In this document: piece after piece, positions 61,999-64,000 of the stretch
Layout of the letters: each line of letters starts with the position of its first letter
How positions within the stretch are numbered: the first letter of the stretch is position 1
Assembly: GCA_965644295.1 (NCBI GenBank)
Contig: CBFFRP010000437.1
Location: forward strand, 23,107 to 87,106
DNA from: Paraphysomonas bandaiensis
Lineage: Eukaryota > Protista > Chrysophyceae
Direction: 5' to 3'
Length of the DNA stretch: 64,000 nt
Position numbers and translations under genes: made by a program
Notes under the pieces: generated by a model
Database searches by the model: none
What the model was told of the DNA's origin: nothing
Seen by the model: the letters and a program-made list of their open reading frames with translations, nothing else

Positions 61999-64000
61999 TT
62001 CGTGTAATTGTATATGGGGAGCAAAATACAGAACGGTATACTGTACTCTGTAGTCATATCATGTAAGGGTATAGAGAGCGATGTTGATGGCATATATATA
62101 CTATATGGGGGTTACCATAGCAATAGAATTCATCATTAACGCTGTATAAAAATATATTTTGGGTAAACTGTACAGTATATAAATCACGTGTATCAGTACC
62201 ATACAGCAGAAGTTATCTCGGTGTAAGATCGGTACTTCTTATATGCCACATACCGCAGAGTGACTGCTGAGTAAGTGTTCTGGATTGAGAGTACATGGAG
62301 TGGCTCTTAGGGTGTAATGCGCAGGTAACCAACACTGGCCAACGGTGGTGCCCCATTCAGAGCTAGACTTCCATCGACTCGCCAGGTATTGTGGATAAAC
62401 AAGATTACACGTAACCTCATGATTAGAAACTTCTGACAAAAACTCCTGCGACTACGCTGGAAATCATCCTTCATTATGACCAAATCGTACTTCGGTTCAA
62501 TATACCTGTAGGGGCAAATTCTATTAGTGCTGTCACCAAAAAACCAAAGATTCCACATTGTCTGAACATTATAACTTGGAAATTTGAATCCTAAGGGAAC
62601 ACGATGAAAACGCCCGTCTACATCAGGCCATGTATGAACATCACCACAGGAGCTAGGAACATCTGCAGTTGTGAGACGGTTTCTCGTATTAGTCCCAGTA
62701 TCTAATCTTTCTAGAATTGCTCCGTGATGACTTAGCTGACTATTCGTTACACTAAGTTGCTCAGATAGCTTAGCATAGGGACTATCATTTGCCCCCATCA
62801 CTTCAATTATCATTGCACGAATGTCAGCCGCTGTCATGGGAACTACCCCATCGATTCTGAATTTCTCAAGTATCATATTAACAACTACTTTTGGTACATC
62901 ATCAATCGCTGTCTTAAGCAAGGCGCTAAATTCGGCAATCCTATTATCATAATTAGAACAAGTATTGTCGTAATGCTTACGAAATTCTCGCAACTCTCGG
63001 GTTATTAGAATTATGCCTGGAACACCTTCCGCACTCATATGTGTCTTCTGACAATAATTATGAACCAAAATAACTTTTGAAGCTAGGCTTTTGATTAAAG
63101 TCTGGTCCGTAAAGATTCGTTGAGCAAATATTGGATGATCTGCAGGGTATAAATCTTGCAAATTTCCCTCACTCCAATGATAAACTAAAGATGCTAACAG
63201 CTTGGGAAGAATCCTATTCTTCCACGATTCTGAGTAATAAGCGAAACCATCAATAATATTCTCCCACCCAAACTCAACTAAATATTGTAACGTCTCGTTA
63301 TCAAAGTGAGGAGGCAAGATGTCAAATTCATCAGGAGTCATTTTCAACTGAGCTGTAGTTCTACCAACCAAAGCATCCCCACACTCCTCTTGAAACATGT
63401 AGCAATCTTGCGTCTTACCGACACCCTGTCCTGCTCTGAGGCATACCTGTGTACGGCTGGGTCCATCAATTTTTGATACTGATGTTGACTCCGCGAACTT
63501 GCGATTGCTATGGGTACCTATATCTTCTCTGCGGCATCCCAGGTCAACTGTTGGATCGATTTCGCGAACAGCTTGCATCAAAATATTGTAATATCTTTTG
63601 TTTTGGTCTTTGCCATCAAACAATCGAATATTGTTTGAGTCATCCCGGCGCTTGCACCAACTATATACAGCTAAATGAAGTGCTATACAGATCGCAGGGT
63701 TAAATGGGTTCGCGTAGAGACGCTTTACATCGCTCGTGCTCTCACCGGCTTGATCAGCTTTAGTTGTACAAAATGCAGTTTGCAGAGCATCATTAGGCCA
63801 ATCCATTTGAGCCATGTTGATGTCATCAATATTATCCGACCGTCCGATTGTACCCACAGATAACTTAGTGAATAGGCCAGCAAACAGTCCCTCATTCCAA
63901 GTTACCTTGTTGCCATCAGGTCTCATCATGCAGAAATGTTTGCATAATGCTACATAACCATCCAGATTAAAAGCACTCTTCCCTTCTTTAGGATTCATAA
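61970..64000 (-). mobile_element. Crypton-type element, tandem unit 3, truncated by the window edge
   Basis: The repeat continues to the last base of the window. Confidence 0.88.
62307..64000 (-). CDS. Crypton-type tyrosine recombinase (copy 3; 5' part lies outside the window)
   Basis: 563 aa identical to the C-terminal part of copies 1 and 2. Confidence 0.88.
   Translation of the reverse strand, partial: MNPKEGKSAFNLDGYVALCKHFCMMRPDGNKVTWNEGLFAGLFTKLSVGTIGRSDNIDDINMAQMDWPNDALQTAFCTTKADQAGESTSDVKRLYANPFNPAICIALHLAVYSWCKRRDDSNNIRLFDGKDQNKRYYNILMQAVREIDPTVDLGCRREDIGTHSNRKFAESTSVSKIDGPSRTQVCLRAGQGVGKTQDCYMFQEECGDALVGRTTAQLKMTPDEFDILPPHFDNETLQYLVEFGWENIIDGFAYYSESWKNRILPKLLASLVYHWSEGNLQDLYPADHPIFAQRIFTDQTLIKSLASKVILVHNYCQKTHMSAEGVPGIILITRELREFRKHYDNTCSNYDNRIAEFSALLKTAIDDVPKVVVNMILEKFRIDGVVPMTAADIRAMIIEVMGANDSPYAKLSEQLSVTNSQLSHHGAILERLDTGTNTRNRLTTADVPSSCGDVHTWPDVDGRFHRVPLGFKFPSYNVQTMWNLWFFGDSTNRICPYRYIEPKYDLVIMKDDFQRSRRSFCQKFLIMRLRVILFIHNTWRVDGSLALNGAPPLASVGYLRITP

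Noticed and set aside
56141-64000. DIRS/Ngaro retroelement, prophage or bacterial integrase contamination
   Set aside because: No RT, RNase H, gag or phage genes in the unit. The motifs and NLS-like stretch fit Crypton, and the array is contiguous with intron-containing genes.

Overview
Eukaryotic genomic DNA with short GT-AG introns of roughly 45-75 nt. The gene and transposon repertoire fits a stramenopile-like protist, which is an inference. Host genes: a CCCH zinc-finger protein, a triple-KH RNA-binding protein, two convergent membrane-anchored S8 subtilases, CAND1, an A1 aspartic protease with Cys-rich/TSP1-like and TM extensions, a TPR-PX-BAR protein and a Sel1/TPR-repeat protein. Between them lie two long (TATG)n/(CATA)n arrays and many TE remnants: hAT elements (two with 8-bp TSDs), Tc1/IS630-like, Copia gag-protease, RNase-H-bearing LINEs, and a SINE-like family that shares a GNRA stem-loop with the LINE 3' end. 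The most notable feature runs from 56140 to the window end: a head-to-tail array of at least three near-identical ~2.9-kb Crypton-type tyrosine-recombinase elements. Each unit-unit junction forms a centred dyad (AATTACACACTT-N7-TTTTTAAAAA-N7-AAGTGTGTAATT) surrounded by further GTGTAATT boxes. This resembles a recombinase att site regenerated at a circle junction. All family assignments come from motif recognition by eye; no database searches were run.
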